From positions 186,001 through 250,000 of the forward strand of contig LSRY02000066.1 of assembly GCA_001643675.2 (NCBI GenBank): DNA of 64,000 nucleotides. The letters run 5' to 3'. This DNA is from Monocercomonoides exilis PA203. Its lineage: Eukaryota > Protista > Preaxostyla. Shown here one piece after another: positions 24,015-37,600 of this stretch. The first letter of the stretch is position 1; each line of letters opens with the position of its first letter. A program made the position numbers and the translations under genes. The notes beneath the pieces were generated by a model, which saw only the letters and a program-made list of their open reading frames with translations, had not been told where the DNA came from and ran no database searches.

Positions 24015-25108
24015 TCACAAAATAGTGTGAAATGATGCCATTCCAAAATTAGAAAAAAAAGTTTTTCCTAAGGAAATACCTGAATAATCCTTTTCTTGAT
24101 TTTCATATTCTTCTTCAAGCCACGATCGAATTTTATCAGTTTTTCTTGGATAAAATGGAGAATCAAATTCATCTTCTTTAACAGTGTAGTTATATTTCAT
24201 TGCTATTCTTTTTGATAATTCTTCTGATGGAGTTGGAGAAAATTCCGTCTCTTTTCCACTTTCGCAAAGTTGAATGCTTTGAGGAATTTTATTTTCAAAT
24301 TGTTTGTTTGAAATTTCAAAATTTGGTGAAATATCAGCTTTGTTCTCAATCGAACCATTTCCCATGTCATCATGATGATTTCCTTCTTCTTCATCCTCTT
24401 TAAAGTTTTCAGGTTCAAACTGTTCATTGCTTTCACATTTTCGTCTAATCTCTTCCTCTTTATCAAGTTCATTTTTCTGATAAAAGCTTTGCTCTTGCTC
24501 TTTCCGTTCGTCCTTTGTTTCATCTTTGCTAATTTCTTCGTCTGAAATTCTTTTTTCGTTTTCCTGATTTGTTGAAGAATTTTTGAAAACTTCCTCTTCC
24601 ACTGCGTTAACTTCAGACTTTACGCTTTTGTCATCAATTGAAGTTACTTCAAAAACGGAATCAGAAATCTTTTCTTCTTCAAGTTTTGTTCCTAATGGCC
24701 CAAAAACAGATACACTTTATGGAAAATCTCCAATATTTGATTACATACCTTCAGAAAATACTGGAGGTGGAAGTGTTGCTTTGTTATTTTTGTTTCCAGA
24801 GCAATCATAACAAGTTTCATAATCATTTTCATTACAAAGCCATTCTCTTTGTCCATCTTGATAATCAACGATAAATTTAAATTCGAAGGAATTACACGAA
24901 ATAGGAATTGATGCACTCCATGTTTGATCCTCTAATTGCTGTAAAAAATGTAAATACATATTTCCAAAATGAGAAGCAAATATAACGATATGAAGTCTTA
25001 TACCTCATAAAGCTCGAAATGTTCTTTCCATTCAACGAAAGATCCTGTTACAAAGATAGATTTTATTGGACGAGAATTGCAATTGCTTCGAAAAGAAAAT
25101 CTAAACAT
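24015..25108 (-). CDS. CBM48/AMPK-beta-type glycogen-binding domain protein with acidic tail (2 introns)
   Basis: Spliced translation SIFVTGSFVEWKEHFELYE|QLEDQTWSASIP...FEFKFIVD...W...DCSGNKNN. Confidence 0.75.
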
Positions 25109-25473
25109 ATCAATAACAAATTATTGTGTGATGATTTTGTTAAAAATAATAAGTTTATCAATATTAGTAAAAAAGGAAAAATTACTCAAACCAATTATCA
25201 AATCACATTAATGTATGATGGGAAAAGATCCAATTGAAATTTGATAAAAAATAGAAAATACATAAAAATTGTAAAAATTGTTTGTAAAACGAGAAATTGT
25301 ATGACAAAATGGATTGAACACAACGGAAAAGGATATAATTGTGAAATAAAGCGCTCAACACGCTTTTAAGAATAGCGAATATCGATGTAATTGCTTGGAA
25401 ATGATCCAAAAACAAGACAAAATTAATAAATGAAGATTACATCGCTGAAAAAGCATATATATTCAAATTTCCA

Positions 25474-28400
25474 TTAAGAAAAATATTCTGCAGATGATGG
25501 TGGAGTTGAAGAAGAAAAGGGATCATTAGAAGATGAAGATGACGAAGATGAAAAAGGAGATTCGTCAAGTCGAAGAGGCTTTTCCTGCGTGCCCAAAAGA
25601 TTTATTTTGTTGTTTTCATTCAAAATTTCCTTTTGGGCCATGCCATCAAACATACATTGCTGTTCTGCACAATCTTCGTCGTATTGTTCTGTTCTGTTGT
25701 AATTGATTCCGCTTGTGTCGCTCGTGCTGCTACGACTTTCTTCAGCCTGTTTCATTTCTTCTCTATCATCTCTATCATCTCTTTCTTCTCTATCATTTGC
25801 CCCTCTGCTTTGATTCCCATCTAAATCAACTCTTCCATCTTCCCCTTCTCCATCTCCCTCTTCTCCATCTCCCTCTTCCTTGTACATCCTTCTTCTGTAT
25901 GTTACTACAAAACATACCAGCAAAATCACAATCACAATCACCACAACACCCAGAAGAACAGCAGCTACAATCAAAGAGACCCAAAAAAGCGTGTTGTGGA
26001 ACAACTTGCCTCGATCAAACGAGAAGAAGAAATTTGCCACGCGGCTGTTGCTGAAGGAGCTCCCGTCATTTGCAACAGAAATGCGGATGAGTCCATTACA
26101 AGCTGAAAGAACAGAAATAAAAAGAATGAATGAATGAATGGTTGAAATAGAGGACATTAATGTGTTATTGCTAATTGAAATATTATGAATTCAAAAGCAA
26201 AATGCGGTCAAAAAAAAAAAAAAAATGAAGAAGAAGGAAAAAATATGACTCATTATTTTCTTTCGTACCTTTCAAAAAGTCTTGTTCAACTGTGCATCTG
26301 ACATGATTTTCTCCGTCGACAGCAGCAGGAACAATCACAAAATGTGAGTCGTTTGTTGCATGCGACAAGCGACATGTTGTGTTGATTGGGAAGAAGTCCT
26401 TTCCAAAAGCATGAATGAATGAGAGCTCGTCTTCTTTGTCCTTGGCGACTGCTTCTACTCTGTCCAGGTGTGCCACAACAGTCGTGGGGAATGTGTAGAC
26501 ATCTGCAGGCAGCAGAGAGAGAATGGAGCACTGCTCGCTGTGGAAGGCAATCCACGCTGGATTCTCGTCGCTCTCGGCAGACAGAGGCCCATCGCCAAAC
26601 GTGGTGTCGGTGGCAATGATTGTCCCGTGTAGCGAGCAGTTCACATTCAGCCGCATGGACGGGAACAAAGGAGAAGAGGAGGGAGAGGAGGGAGAGGAAG
26701 GAGAGGAAGGTGAGACAGAAAGGGGACACTTAAAGCGGTTGTTCAGAAAGAAGCACTTGTTCATTGTGAGTGAGCCGCCTTTCATCTGCACAGCGCCTGT
26801 GGATGAGTTAGTCACGTTTGTCTCGCTGAGAATGGTGTTTGAGAGGAAAGAGCCGACCGTGCCCCAACTGATGACACGCTCAGCTGAGGCAGTGCGAGAA
26901 AACTGAAATGGGGGAGAAGAATGAAAATGTGAATGAGAAAGAAGAGAAGAAGATGAATGGCCGAATGTCGAATTGAATGACTGTTGTGCTGATGCATATT
27001 TCTTTAAATGTGTGTGAAGTCGAGAAAGGTTAAAGTTTGCATCATTCTTAAAATTATCTCCTTTCTCATTTTTGTCCAACATAAATTCATTTGTTTTCTT
27101 TGAATAATCTTTTGTTGAAAGTACTTTTGATGGTAACAGAGAATCCATATCATAATAATCTCTGTTATAATCCTGATCAATCTCTTTTATCCTTTCAAAT
27201 TCTTGTTGTCTCATCTCTTCCTCTTCAAAAGGAGGTGCAGAAATCAAACACTCCTCTATCGAAATTGTGCATCTGTGTGTGAACACTGCATTTGCCTCGT
27301 TTGCTGTCACAATCAAAGAACTGTTCCTGACACCTATTCCAATCCACTCGCCAAACAGAATGTCACCCAAACAAGAAGCACAGCCAGTGAAAGTGCATCC
27401 ACTAACATCCAACCGCGCATCAATCAGCACTTCATCCTTCGTTGCACTGATGGCTTCCACATACAACGCTCCTCCATGAGCTGTTTGCTGGCTGAGTGTT
27501 AATGCTTTCCCGTCAATATTCTCTCTTCCTTCGATTTCTGCTTCTTCTTCCAGAAATCCAGGTACATCATCATTTCTGACTGCATTCATTTCTATTTCCT
27601 TTACTACATCCTCTCGAATCCATTTGGATCTTGCAATCATTTTTCTCTCTGTTTGGATGAACGAGTCACCTTCCCTTTCCTTCTGAAAAGCATCTGCAGC
27701 CAATTTAGCAACAGACACGTTTTGTGCTTCTTCCAACCCGACTGCTGCACAATGCTCGAATTGGCAGTTTTCAATCAGCACTTTCGCAGTCTGAGTGTTC
27801 TTCACCCGAATCGTTGCAGCTCCTCCTTGTGTTGCCGAGCAGTCAGTGAAAGTGCAGCCAGCTATTGTCACAAGCACCCAAGAGACAGAAAGAGAGAGAA
27901 CAGCCCCAGGCTGTGTGTGGTGAGAAGAGGCATGACACGACAGAAACTTGCAATTGCGAATGAAAAACGGGGAAGACGAAGTCGAATCATCAACAGCGAC
28001 AATCTTCTCTCCGCAGCAGCTGATGTTTTCGAAGAGGCAGTTTTCCATTTCAGATTGGATTTTGATGCGTGTGGTGAGGTTGATGTTTGAGAAAGAGGAG
28101 AAAACGACAGCTGAGCCTGAGAGATTTGTGAAGTTGGTGAAGATTACATTTGACAGATGGCAGCAGCAGGAAGGAGATGAAATGCGAATCACACTTGAAA
28201 CACTGTTTGTGGAAGAATGTGTCTGTGTTGAGTGTTCTTTTGGTGCAGAGGAAGATAAAGAAAGATGTTGTGCTGACATCTGCTTCATCTCATGATCTTG
28301 TCCGTCTGAAGATGATGAGGATAAAGAAGATGTGTTAAAAGAAGAAGTCGACGAGAACGAAGAAGAAGAAGAAGAAGAAGAATAAGAAGGATAACCACTT

Positions 28401-30320
28401 CCGATGATTCTCACTTTATGCAGAAGAAGTTTGCCTGTTTCACTCACCTGGGCAAATGAACCAGAAGAGAAGTCAGACGAGACAAAAAAGGAAAATCCTC
28501 TCATGTCAATCACACCAGCAGACACAGTCAGCCAGAAGGCATCTGCATTTGTGGAAGAAAGACGATTGTCTGTCAGATCACTTTGTTTTTCATTCATTTC
28601 ATTCGATTTGACTTCAGTGCTGAGGATGAGGCCAGATGGAAGTATGACAGTGTCCTTGTCTGTGTTGCTGACCACACTCGCCATCACATCTTCTGACGAG
28701 AATGAGAGTGGACTTTCTCGAAATGTCCCTGTTCCAAGCAGAATGTTGCCTATCGGAGGAGTAAATTGCAGTACTTCTTGTATTCCTTCTGTTAGCGTGA
28801 GGCAAGGAGAAGCAAAACTTCCGCAGGAATTAGGACGATGGTGAATGATATTGTGAATGGAAAAAGAATGTGAAGGTTGAATGGAAGAAGTAGAAGAAGA
28901 AGAAGAAACATAAATAAAATCTTTGTTTGTGATGAATGAAAAACAAATTGGAATACATGAAGCTATGTTATATTATGATTGTATCATTTCATATTGAAAG
29001 AAATTGGTATGAAGAAGAAATAACAGAGAAGAGAAATGATAAACAACAGAAAACATAAGAATTGTCATAAAACAGAATAAAAATACACATTTAAGAGCAA
29101 TACTTACAAATGCAATCAAATGAGGCACACAATCAATAGTCAAAGTAGAATTGAAGAGAACAACCGAGTTCTCGTTGTGAGATGTTATGCAGTCCAGAAA
29201 GACAGGCTTGTCGATGAAACTCGAATTAGCTCTTATGATGCACAGATCATGCCCTTGGCCATTAGAAGCTATTTGAAACATCCAATTGAGTCAAATAACA
29301 AAACGCCGTTTTCAAAAAAATTATGGCAATTAAAACAATCAATTATTAAATCATATTCAGACCTGTGCACTCAACGAAAAGTACAAAGTCAAACAACAGC
29401 TGCTCAAGTGAATACACAGAGTTAATTGCTACAGCTCCGCCGCTGTTTGCCGAGCAGCTCTTGAAAATCACATTTTGAAATGTCACGTTTCCTGCTCCTT
29501 CTGCTGAAATATATGCAACTCCTCCGCTTTCGGATGAGCTGCAATCAGAAAAGCAGCAGTCTCCAATGAACAAAGTGGATCCATTATTAATGCAGCCTTC
29601 AATAAAAGATCCATTTCCTGATGTTTTTGAAATCGGACACGTTGCATTAACTTGAGAAGCTATGACGGATAAAGCGTCCGCAGAAAATACGATCACCCCA
29701 CTCGAATAGATTGATGCTTCCGTAAAAGTTAACTGATTTAAAATTTCCAAAGATAGAACAGAAAGAGAGCCTCCAATTACATGAAATGCTATTCCACTTA
29801 TGTACTGAATTGCATTAGATGCACTCAATTGATCTTCGTTTGATTCATAAAATCCAGAGGAAATGCTAACAAGAATATCTGAATCACTTAAAAACTGCAA
29901 ATTAGTATTTCGAGATGTGATATTCGAATTCTTTACATCAAAACTAACAGAAGAAATTTGATTGTTGATACACATTTCATTGTGCTTTTGTTGAATTAAA
30001 ACAGAATAAGCATCTAATTATTAAAAGTTACAAAACATAGAAATAATAACATTAATATTCAAAAATTTTTTAATAATTTATAAATTGCATTGCCCCACAC
30101 TATTGAAACGGAGCGTTTCATTTTTATGACGTAATTCCTCAAGTATTAAAGTAATAGATGTATTTTGGAAAATCGATGTTTTTAAAAATGAATTGACATC
30201 TTCTCCGTAATAATTCCTTTGCTCAGAAAGAGAAAATATCCCCTTTTGCAGAATAAATACATTTTCTGTAATTTTAGTCGCATTTGAATAAAAAACAAGC
30301 AAGAAAAAGAAAACAAGCAT
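25474..30320 (-). CDS. Large type I membrane surface protein: signal peptide, beta-helix/Pmp-like GGA repeats, IPT/TIG-like domain, TM, acidic tail
   Basis: MLVFFFLLVFYSNA; repeats F-x-x-C-S-A-x-x-GGA; AFGKDFFPINTTCRL...VPA...HVRCTV; TM LFWVSLIVAAVLLGVVVIVIVILLVCFVV followed by RRR. Joining the pieces into one gene is inferred from GT-AG introns. Confidence 0.7.
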
Positions 30321-30460
30321 TCATTTTAAATTTATTATGGAAATATTCTTGGAAAAACATCAATAACTGTTTCATTTTGTGAAAATTGTTTTTCACATGT
30401 TTTATTCGGATTTTGATAAAACACAACATTCACCAACCATATTTAATTTCCTAAATACTA

Positions 30461-32465
30461 ATGGTTAATTGTAATGTTTATGGAGGAAGTGGTAGGGAAA
30501 GAAATAGTCGATTTGATGAACGAAGGGAAGAGGAAAGAGAGGAAATGGCAGAGATAAGAAGAAGAGACGAATTATTTTTCCAGAAGATTGATTCTTTAAA
30601 GTTAGAGCTTTCTCATGTAAGGGGAGATGGAGTTTGCATTATTTATTTAATTTTCAATTTCTCTTATTAAAAGTGTATTTATGTAATAAATTAGAATTGC
30701 TTTTACAGGGCAATTAGCGCTTCAATTTTTTCAACTCCAGAAAAGCATCATATTGTTCGAAACATATGTTCTCACTTCCTTTTACTAAAGAGCAATTATT
30801 ATGCTCCTTTTTTAGCTACGCCTGAGTACATTCATTATATTCAACAAACAAGTCAAAATGGAGAATTCGGTTCGAACATTGAAATTCATGCTTTATCTTG
30901 GCTTCTCGACAGGCCAATAACAGTATATTCTGATCAGCCTCATGTCCCTGTTGTTACAATTGTTGGTGAATCTCCATCACCGGACACACCACCGATTATT
31001 TTGGCACATCGGTGGAATTCTCATTTTGACTTATTATTTGAAAAAAGAAAACCTCATCCAATCGGAATTGGGGTTTGTCCAACATGTTTTTATTTTCATG
31101 CCTTTAATATTTTTCTTATTTTAATTATTATTTTAACAGAAGAATTCCCTTGTAAGATATACACCTACTGGAGATTCAATACTAATTGTTCCGTCTCTTC
31201 TTCGTGCAACTGTATCCGAGCCATCACGTGTTGGAGGAGGGTTGACTTCCTCTTCTGCAACTCCATCTTCCTCTTCTGTTCCTTCTTCAGCAGAAAATCA
31301 TCCACCAGTCATTTCAAGGCCACCTGGGCACACTCCGCTTTGCGGATGTCTTCAGTGCATTCCTTTCACCACTCCTCTTCCTGTTGCTGAGCATTCACGT
31401 CAAACTGGCTCGTCTACTTCTTCGACTGATCCACGGGCATCTGCTCCAGCAAGAGGCGAAGATGCTGTTGCAGTTGCTGAAGAAGACATCCGGAGAATGG
31501 TCCTTGCATCGTTTGCTGAACGTCTTCGAATGGAAACAGAAGGAATTCCCTCTCAACAGGCAAGCTCTTCTTCTTCCTCCTCTTCTTCTCATTCAAATCA
31601 TGCAAATGAAGACGATCCCGAGCTTGTTGCAGCCATTGAGGCGTCGCTGAAGCAGCCAGCTGCGACGAATGGAGGGTTGGTGTTTCCAGCAGCGATGGCA
31701 GCAGCGAACGACGACGAGGCAGCAGAAATAGCAATGGCGAGCGAGATCAGCATGAAGGAGGCTGGGCTCAGCGGGAAGGATGGCATTGTGGGAGACGACT
31801 TTGCCTGGGGCGGCGGGGGGGATATCGATCCAGAGCTGCAGACAGCGCTGCAGATGAGTCTGATGGAAAGGCTGAATGAAGAAGAGAAAGGAGGAAGGCA
31901 GACAGCTGGACACACTTCATCGTTATTGGCTGATGCAACAGGGAAAAATATGCCTTCAATTTTGGCTTCTCAAAGCGGAGGACAAGCACTGCCTCGCTCA
32001 GCCACATCGACACCTCAGGCATCAGCATCAGGTCATTCAGCTTCTTTTCCTCGCTCTTCTTCAGGCTCTTTTCAGGGGAGCTTGCATCCGATGGCTGGAA
32101 TGGATGGACAAGGGCCAATAATAATAAATTCATCTGCTTCTTCTTCTCTCTCTGGAGTCACTTCACCTGAGACACATTTCGATCCTGAGGCTGCAATGAG
32201 CGAGGAGGCGCTTCTTCGACATCTCAAAGCACAATATGAACAAGAACAGAAAGCAAAAGAAGACGAAGAGATTAAAAAAGTGCTGGCATTAGAAGAGCAG
32301 GAAAGGAAAAAGAAAGAAGACGAAGACATACTTCGAGTGTTGGAATTAGAAGAAAAAGAGAGAAGGAAAAAGGAAGAAGAAGAGTTGGCAGCTGCTCAAG
32401 CAATGTCAATTGCCCAGTTTTTCGCAAATACACTTGGAAATTTAAAACAAAATGATAAACACTAA
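30461..32465 (+). CDS. OTU-family deubiquitinase with multiple UIMs (2 introns)
   Basis: Spliced VRGDG|NCFYRAIS...GEFGSNIEIHALS...NSHFD catalytic motifs. UIMs DDPELVAAIEASL, DPELQTALQMSL and EEELAAAQAMSI. Confidence 0.9.
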
Positions 32466-32647
32466 TTTAAACAAACAAATTTTAAAAATATTATAATTGT
32501 TTATCTTTTATTTACAATAACTTTTTAATTTCATATTAAATTATTTTTCATTTCATTTGATTAAAGCTACCATTCACTTTTTTTATTGAAAAATTTTTTT
32601 ATTTCAAGATAGATCAATTTATTTTCCTTCTTTTTTTTTCTTTTTTC

Positions 32648-34282
32648 ATGGCACAACAATTTAATCAAGATCAGGAACTCAGCTCCTTAATGCAGTCGTT
32701 GACAAGAATAAACGTAGATGAAGTACTTTGCACATATTGATTTCTGTTCATTCAAACTGATTTTTATCACTATTTTATTCTCAGCAACTTTTGCTACTGA
32801 ATTCAATAATTGTCAGCAAATGCATTTCTCATTTCTGGATAGATACAGCACTTTTGCGCATTGCTGAATTATTCAGACGTTGCAATGATAATAAAATTCG
32901 CTTGCTTATATATGACATCTTTTATGCTTCAAGGGAGCATCTTTGCAATACTTCAATGCCTGAGCAAATCACAAAGCAAATATGTGAAGTTGGGGAATCA
33001 AGTGATGAAATTGGCTGCGCAATAGTGTTCCGTGTTGTTCGTTTGTTTCTAAATTCAATAGGAATGAGCACTTCAATTGTAAAACTTCTTCGAACTCATT
33101 TGAATAGTCCAACAACATCTCCAGTATTTTGTGCAGCTGTTGAATGTTTAGATATAGTTTTTAGCGCTTTCAAAACGGAACCAGATTCAATTAAAGCTGA
33201 AACGTTTTTATTACTTGAATCAATTTTGAACAGATTAATAAATCTGTATAATGCTGGAGATGAAGCTGGATTTGTGCACCTTTCGTCAGTTGTTATTAAA
33301 TGTCCAGATACTACAGTTTCATGTGAGATTGGCAAACTTTTTTTGGAAATATTACTCCCATCAATGCAGATGTATCTTGGGGGAACAAATCAGGAAAAAG
33401 ATGTTAATTTTGAACTTTCACAAAAAGATTCGGATGCAAATGCAACTGAAGTGAGGTTGTCACCAAAACTGTTTCTGATTCAATATTCTATTCCTCTTCT
33501 CAATCAAACTGTGCAATTTATAATAAACCATCCAACTATTTCTGAAGAGCATTCAGTTCTTGGACTTTTATCCCCTTCATCTTTCCTTTGTTTTCTTCAG
33601 TTATTGGCATCTTCCTATACAAGCGTACTCAATTCATTTGAATCACCGTCAACGGAATATGAAGAATCTTCTTTACAAACGTCTGTTTTTGATGAAGAAT
33701 CAAAGAAGCCTTCATCCTCAGACTTTGCAGAAGAGAAGCCAAAAACAAAGACGACTGAACAAGAAACAGCACAAAGTGAAATGAAAGAAACATCAGAAAT
33801 TTCAAAAAAGACAATTGACGAAGATAACGATGCATCTCTCCAAAAGGCATCAGAAGTTGCATTGCAAAAAGAAGTTGATGAAGGCGATCAGTTGGTCAAT
33901 GTGCTCACAGGATTGGATGTTCCATCAAAGCAACAACAGCCAACAGTTTTAGCATCGACAGAAACACCTTCTCCTTTCGCAGGCTCCATTAATGAGCTTA
34001 TTTCACAACACACTGCAAAGTCTTTAAAAACAGATGGAAGTTTATTTCAAAATTTGTCTTCTGCACTTTCAACTTCATCTGAAGCACAAATAGCAGAAAA
34101 AGTCATTTCAACAGATAAACAACTGACGAAAGACAACATTCAAATTGGCTTAGCGTCTATTCTTCAGCTAGTCATTAGCCTTTGTGAGACTTTTCCTGAA
34201 TTACTTGATACCTCGTGAAATGTTTGGATCATATTGTTAATTTTATACCAGTCCACTACCAAATTCGAATGCCAAGAAATAG
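32648..34282 (+). CDS. Integrator subunit 7 (INTS7)-like protein, N-terminal HEAT region only
   Basis: IDTALLRIAELFRRCNDNKIRLLIYDIF...EHL...ITKQICEVGESSDEIGCAIVFRVV parallels INTS7 INSAFLKLADVFR.GNNFLRLCV...HL...FVKRIFSVIHSNDPVARAITLRML. Ends at 34218, or 34282 if a last intron is spliced. Confidence 0.65.
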
Positions 34283-34657
34283 CGTCTCATCCTTAAAGAT
34301 GAATTGCACATACGAGCTTCATTTTGTGCAACTGCTTTGATCTCGATTAGTTAATGAAATAAAAATATTTTTCAGTATTTTGTGAACGAAAAAATATTTT
34401 TTATCACTTGTTTGAAGGAAATTCCCAAATCAATTTGTTAGTTTTTATAACATCATTTATTTACAAGATTTATTACGAACCATTTCGTTAATAATGAAAT
34501 TTCAAAAGTGGCAAAGATCAATTGATTCCTATTATTCTGATCACATTTGAAAATTGTGATTTAATTTTCTTATTTTTCTGAAAGGTTAAAAGGAATAAAT
34601 ACACAAAAGCATTCTTTTTTATAAATAGAATTTATTTTTCATTGAATTATTCGAACG

Positions 34658-37600
34658 ATGGAAGACAGAGCTCAGAACAAGGGACGAACTTCCAAACACA
34701 AAGCAAAAATGACTTTTGTGAAGAATGCCTGTTCGTTTCAAAATACTTTATTGCTTTTCTAATTTGCATTAAAATGTTTTATGCGTTGCATTTATATTCA
34801 ACAATTTTAATAGATTACAATCTTGTACAGATGATATCAACACTGGATTCTCTTTGCGAAGCTATTTTGAATGCGCTGCCAAAAAACACACCAGCAACGT
34901 TGTTTGAAGAGATAAAGACATCGTTGAAGCAGCCATTGGCGATGCCTGACTCACCGGATTCTGCTCCAAACTTTAGAAAGTTTGCTTTTAAATTCAAAGT
35001 TGATATATGTTTTATTATTTTTCTTAGAGAAGAGACAATCGAAAAAATGAATCAAAAATATAAAAACAGCGTTACGGTTCTTGAATCTGCTCGTAGAATA
35101 CTTCTTCCAATCGCAAAAGAGACTGGACGAAGCATCGGAGCCACTTCATTTGTATCTGTAACTGCTCAATATCTAACTCAAACAGGGCAACCACCGCAGC
35201 AATTAACTTTTCAAAAAATACTGCAGCAAGGACCTGTTGTTTATGTGCCACAAGACGCAAATAATTCTGATTCATCATCCACTTCACATTTACCAAATTC
35301 ACTCACTTCTCAAGGACTGGCTTCGATTCAACCCTCAACAGCATTCATCAACGCAAACCAAATAAAAGCGCCTTTCTCCAACCAGTTTTCTCTTCAAATG
35401 CCGAGACGCGCTGCGTTTTTGGCGCCTCTGCCGATTGCCCAGCAATCAGCACCTTTCATTCAGCCACCCATTTCATCTCGCCAGACAACATTGTCGTCGA
35501 GTCTGCTTCCTCCAGCACAAGACACCCGCACCCACATTTCGAATCCTCCCTTTTCGCTGCCCTCTCCTTCTCCATTTACAACATTCTCAACCACAAACAC
35601 ACCTCCCATTTCTCCGTCTTCGACCTCTTCCTCTTTGAATGCACACACACCCCCTCAGCAGCCACCAACCACACCTTATCTCCCCATCAATTCTCCTCTC
35701 CTGAAGCCATCTCATTTAAATGCTTCTTTGCCAAGCACACTTCATCCACCTTCACAGTCATCTCCTTCTCAACTTTCGACTCCTGCGAATGGCCCAACAG
35801 CATCTTCAAATGCTGCGCAATCTAATCCAAATGCAACATCATCATCTGCTTCTTCAGCAGCCTCTTCTCCTTCTTCTCCTTCTTCTCAACCAACATCTAG
35901 TTCATCAACAGCAATATCATCATCATCTTTACCATTATCATCAACAACAACAGCTCAGATGAAGACTTCTGCTGGTGCTGTGCATCCATCTAATGCAGAG
36001 AAAGAACGGAAGACTGAATCTTCTTCATCTTCTCAATCTGCAGAGAAAGGGAATCATGTCAGCAACACAACAGAGCAATCAATAAAAGAAGACAGCTCTT
36101 CTGACTGGGATGACATATTCAGTGACGACACACAAGCATCAGCAGACAACAGAGATGAGAAAGGAATAACAGCATCATCATCAGCGACAGGAGAAGGAGG
36201 AGGAGAAGGAGCAAACACGAGTCAACAGCCAAGTCCAACCAAAAATGCCCATTCCAAAGTGTCATCTTCAAATCGGAGTGGAATTTCGTCGAAGTCGTCG
36301 ATTGAGCAGCTGGTAGCCAACATCGAAAGAGAGCGGATGAAAGAGAAGCAGACAGAAGAGCGATGGATAGACAAGCGAGAGAAGAAGCGGCGGGATGAGC
36401 AGAAGCGGCGGCTGAACAGGATAAAAGAAGGAATGAAATCAGGCAAGCGCTCGGCTGCTGTCACACCGTCAACAACACCCGAGTCAGCACTTTCTGAACC
36501 AGTAACAAAGAGGCCTGTGCCAAAAATGGCATCTTCGTCAGTCTATCGGCATCAGCTGAGAAGCCATTCACATGACACACCATCAATGTCATCATCAACC
36601 TCCTCATCATCATCAGCTGCACAATCACTTTCTCTTCCACCCGCTGCATTGTCAGCAGCAAACAAAGATTCAAAGAAAAGACTATCTCCTCAATTCAAGT
36701 CTGAACCCTCTTCTCTTCTGTATGAGTCTCAGCAGTCTTCTTATTCACACACTCGCTCACACAGACATTCCAACAGAGACATTTCAGTCAATTCAGACAA
36801 TGACATGCTGAATCTGTCACCAGAAGAGGATGCGACAAGGAAAAGAACACGAATGCCGTATAAGCTGTCAAATAGAGAGACATTCATTCATCGTCATCAT
36901 CAACATCATCAGCATCAACGTGCTCTGCCCCATTCGCATCAGAAGAGGATGAGGATAGAAGCATCTCCATCTCTCTTAGCAGACCCACCGAGCTTCTCTT
37001 TCTCAGATGAGGAGATGTCAGAAGACGATGAGGAAGCCGATGATGATGAAGATAATGCAATGAACGATGTTTATAGCTCAAGTGGAAGCAGAAGCAGAAG
37101 CAGAAGTGGTAGCATGAGTAGCATTGAGAGTGTGAGTGTGAGTGGGAGTGGGAGTGAGAGTGAAATTGGGAGTGGGAGTGGAGGGACAGATGAAGTGGGG
37201 GTGACAGACGAAGAGATGGAGATGAAGAGGAGGAAAAGGAGACGAAGCAGAGAAGAGCAGAAAGACGAAGAATACGACAGCAACAGTGTGGAAGAGATCA
37301 TCCGGCAGGGAGAAGACGGCGTGGAACACATTTTCAGCTCGCTTTCTTCGATTGATGGAAGCGAGGACGATGCATTCACAACAGAGAGGATGGAGAAAGG
37401 CAGTCCCGATGTGCTGAGAGAGCTGGATGAGACAGCACTCTCCGCAGACGTCTCGACATCTTCCACGCCGCACGCCAATCTCTCCCGCAGCAGCCCCTTC
37501 ACGCTGGGCAATGAACACATTGCAGACTCAATCATTCTCACCCCTTCGCCTTCTCATGCGCAGCAGAGTTCTGCTTCGTATTCTCTCTCAGATGAGCTCA

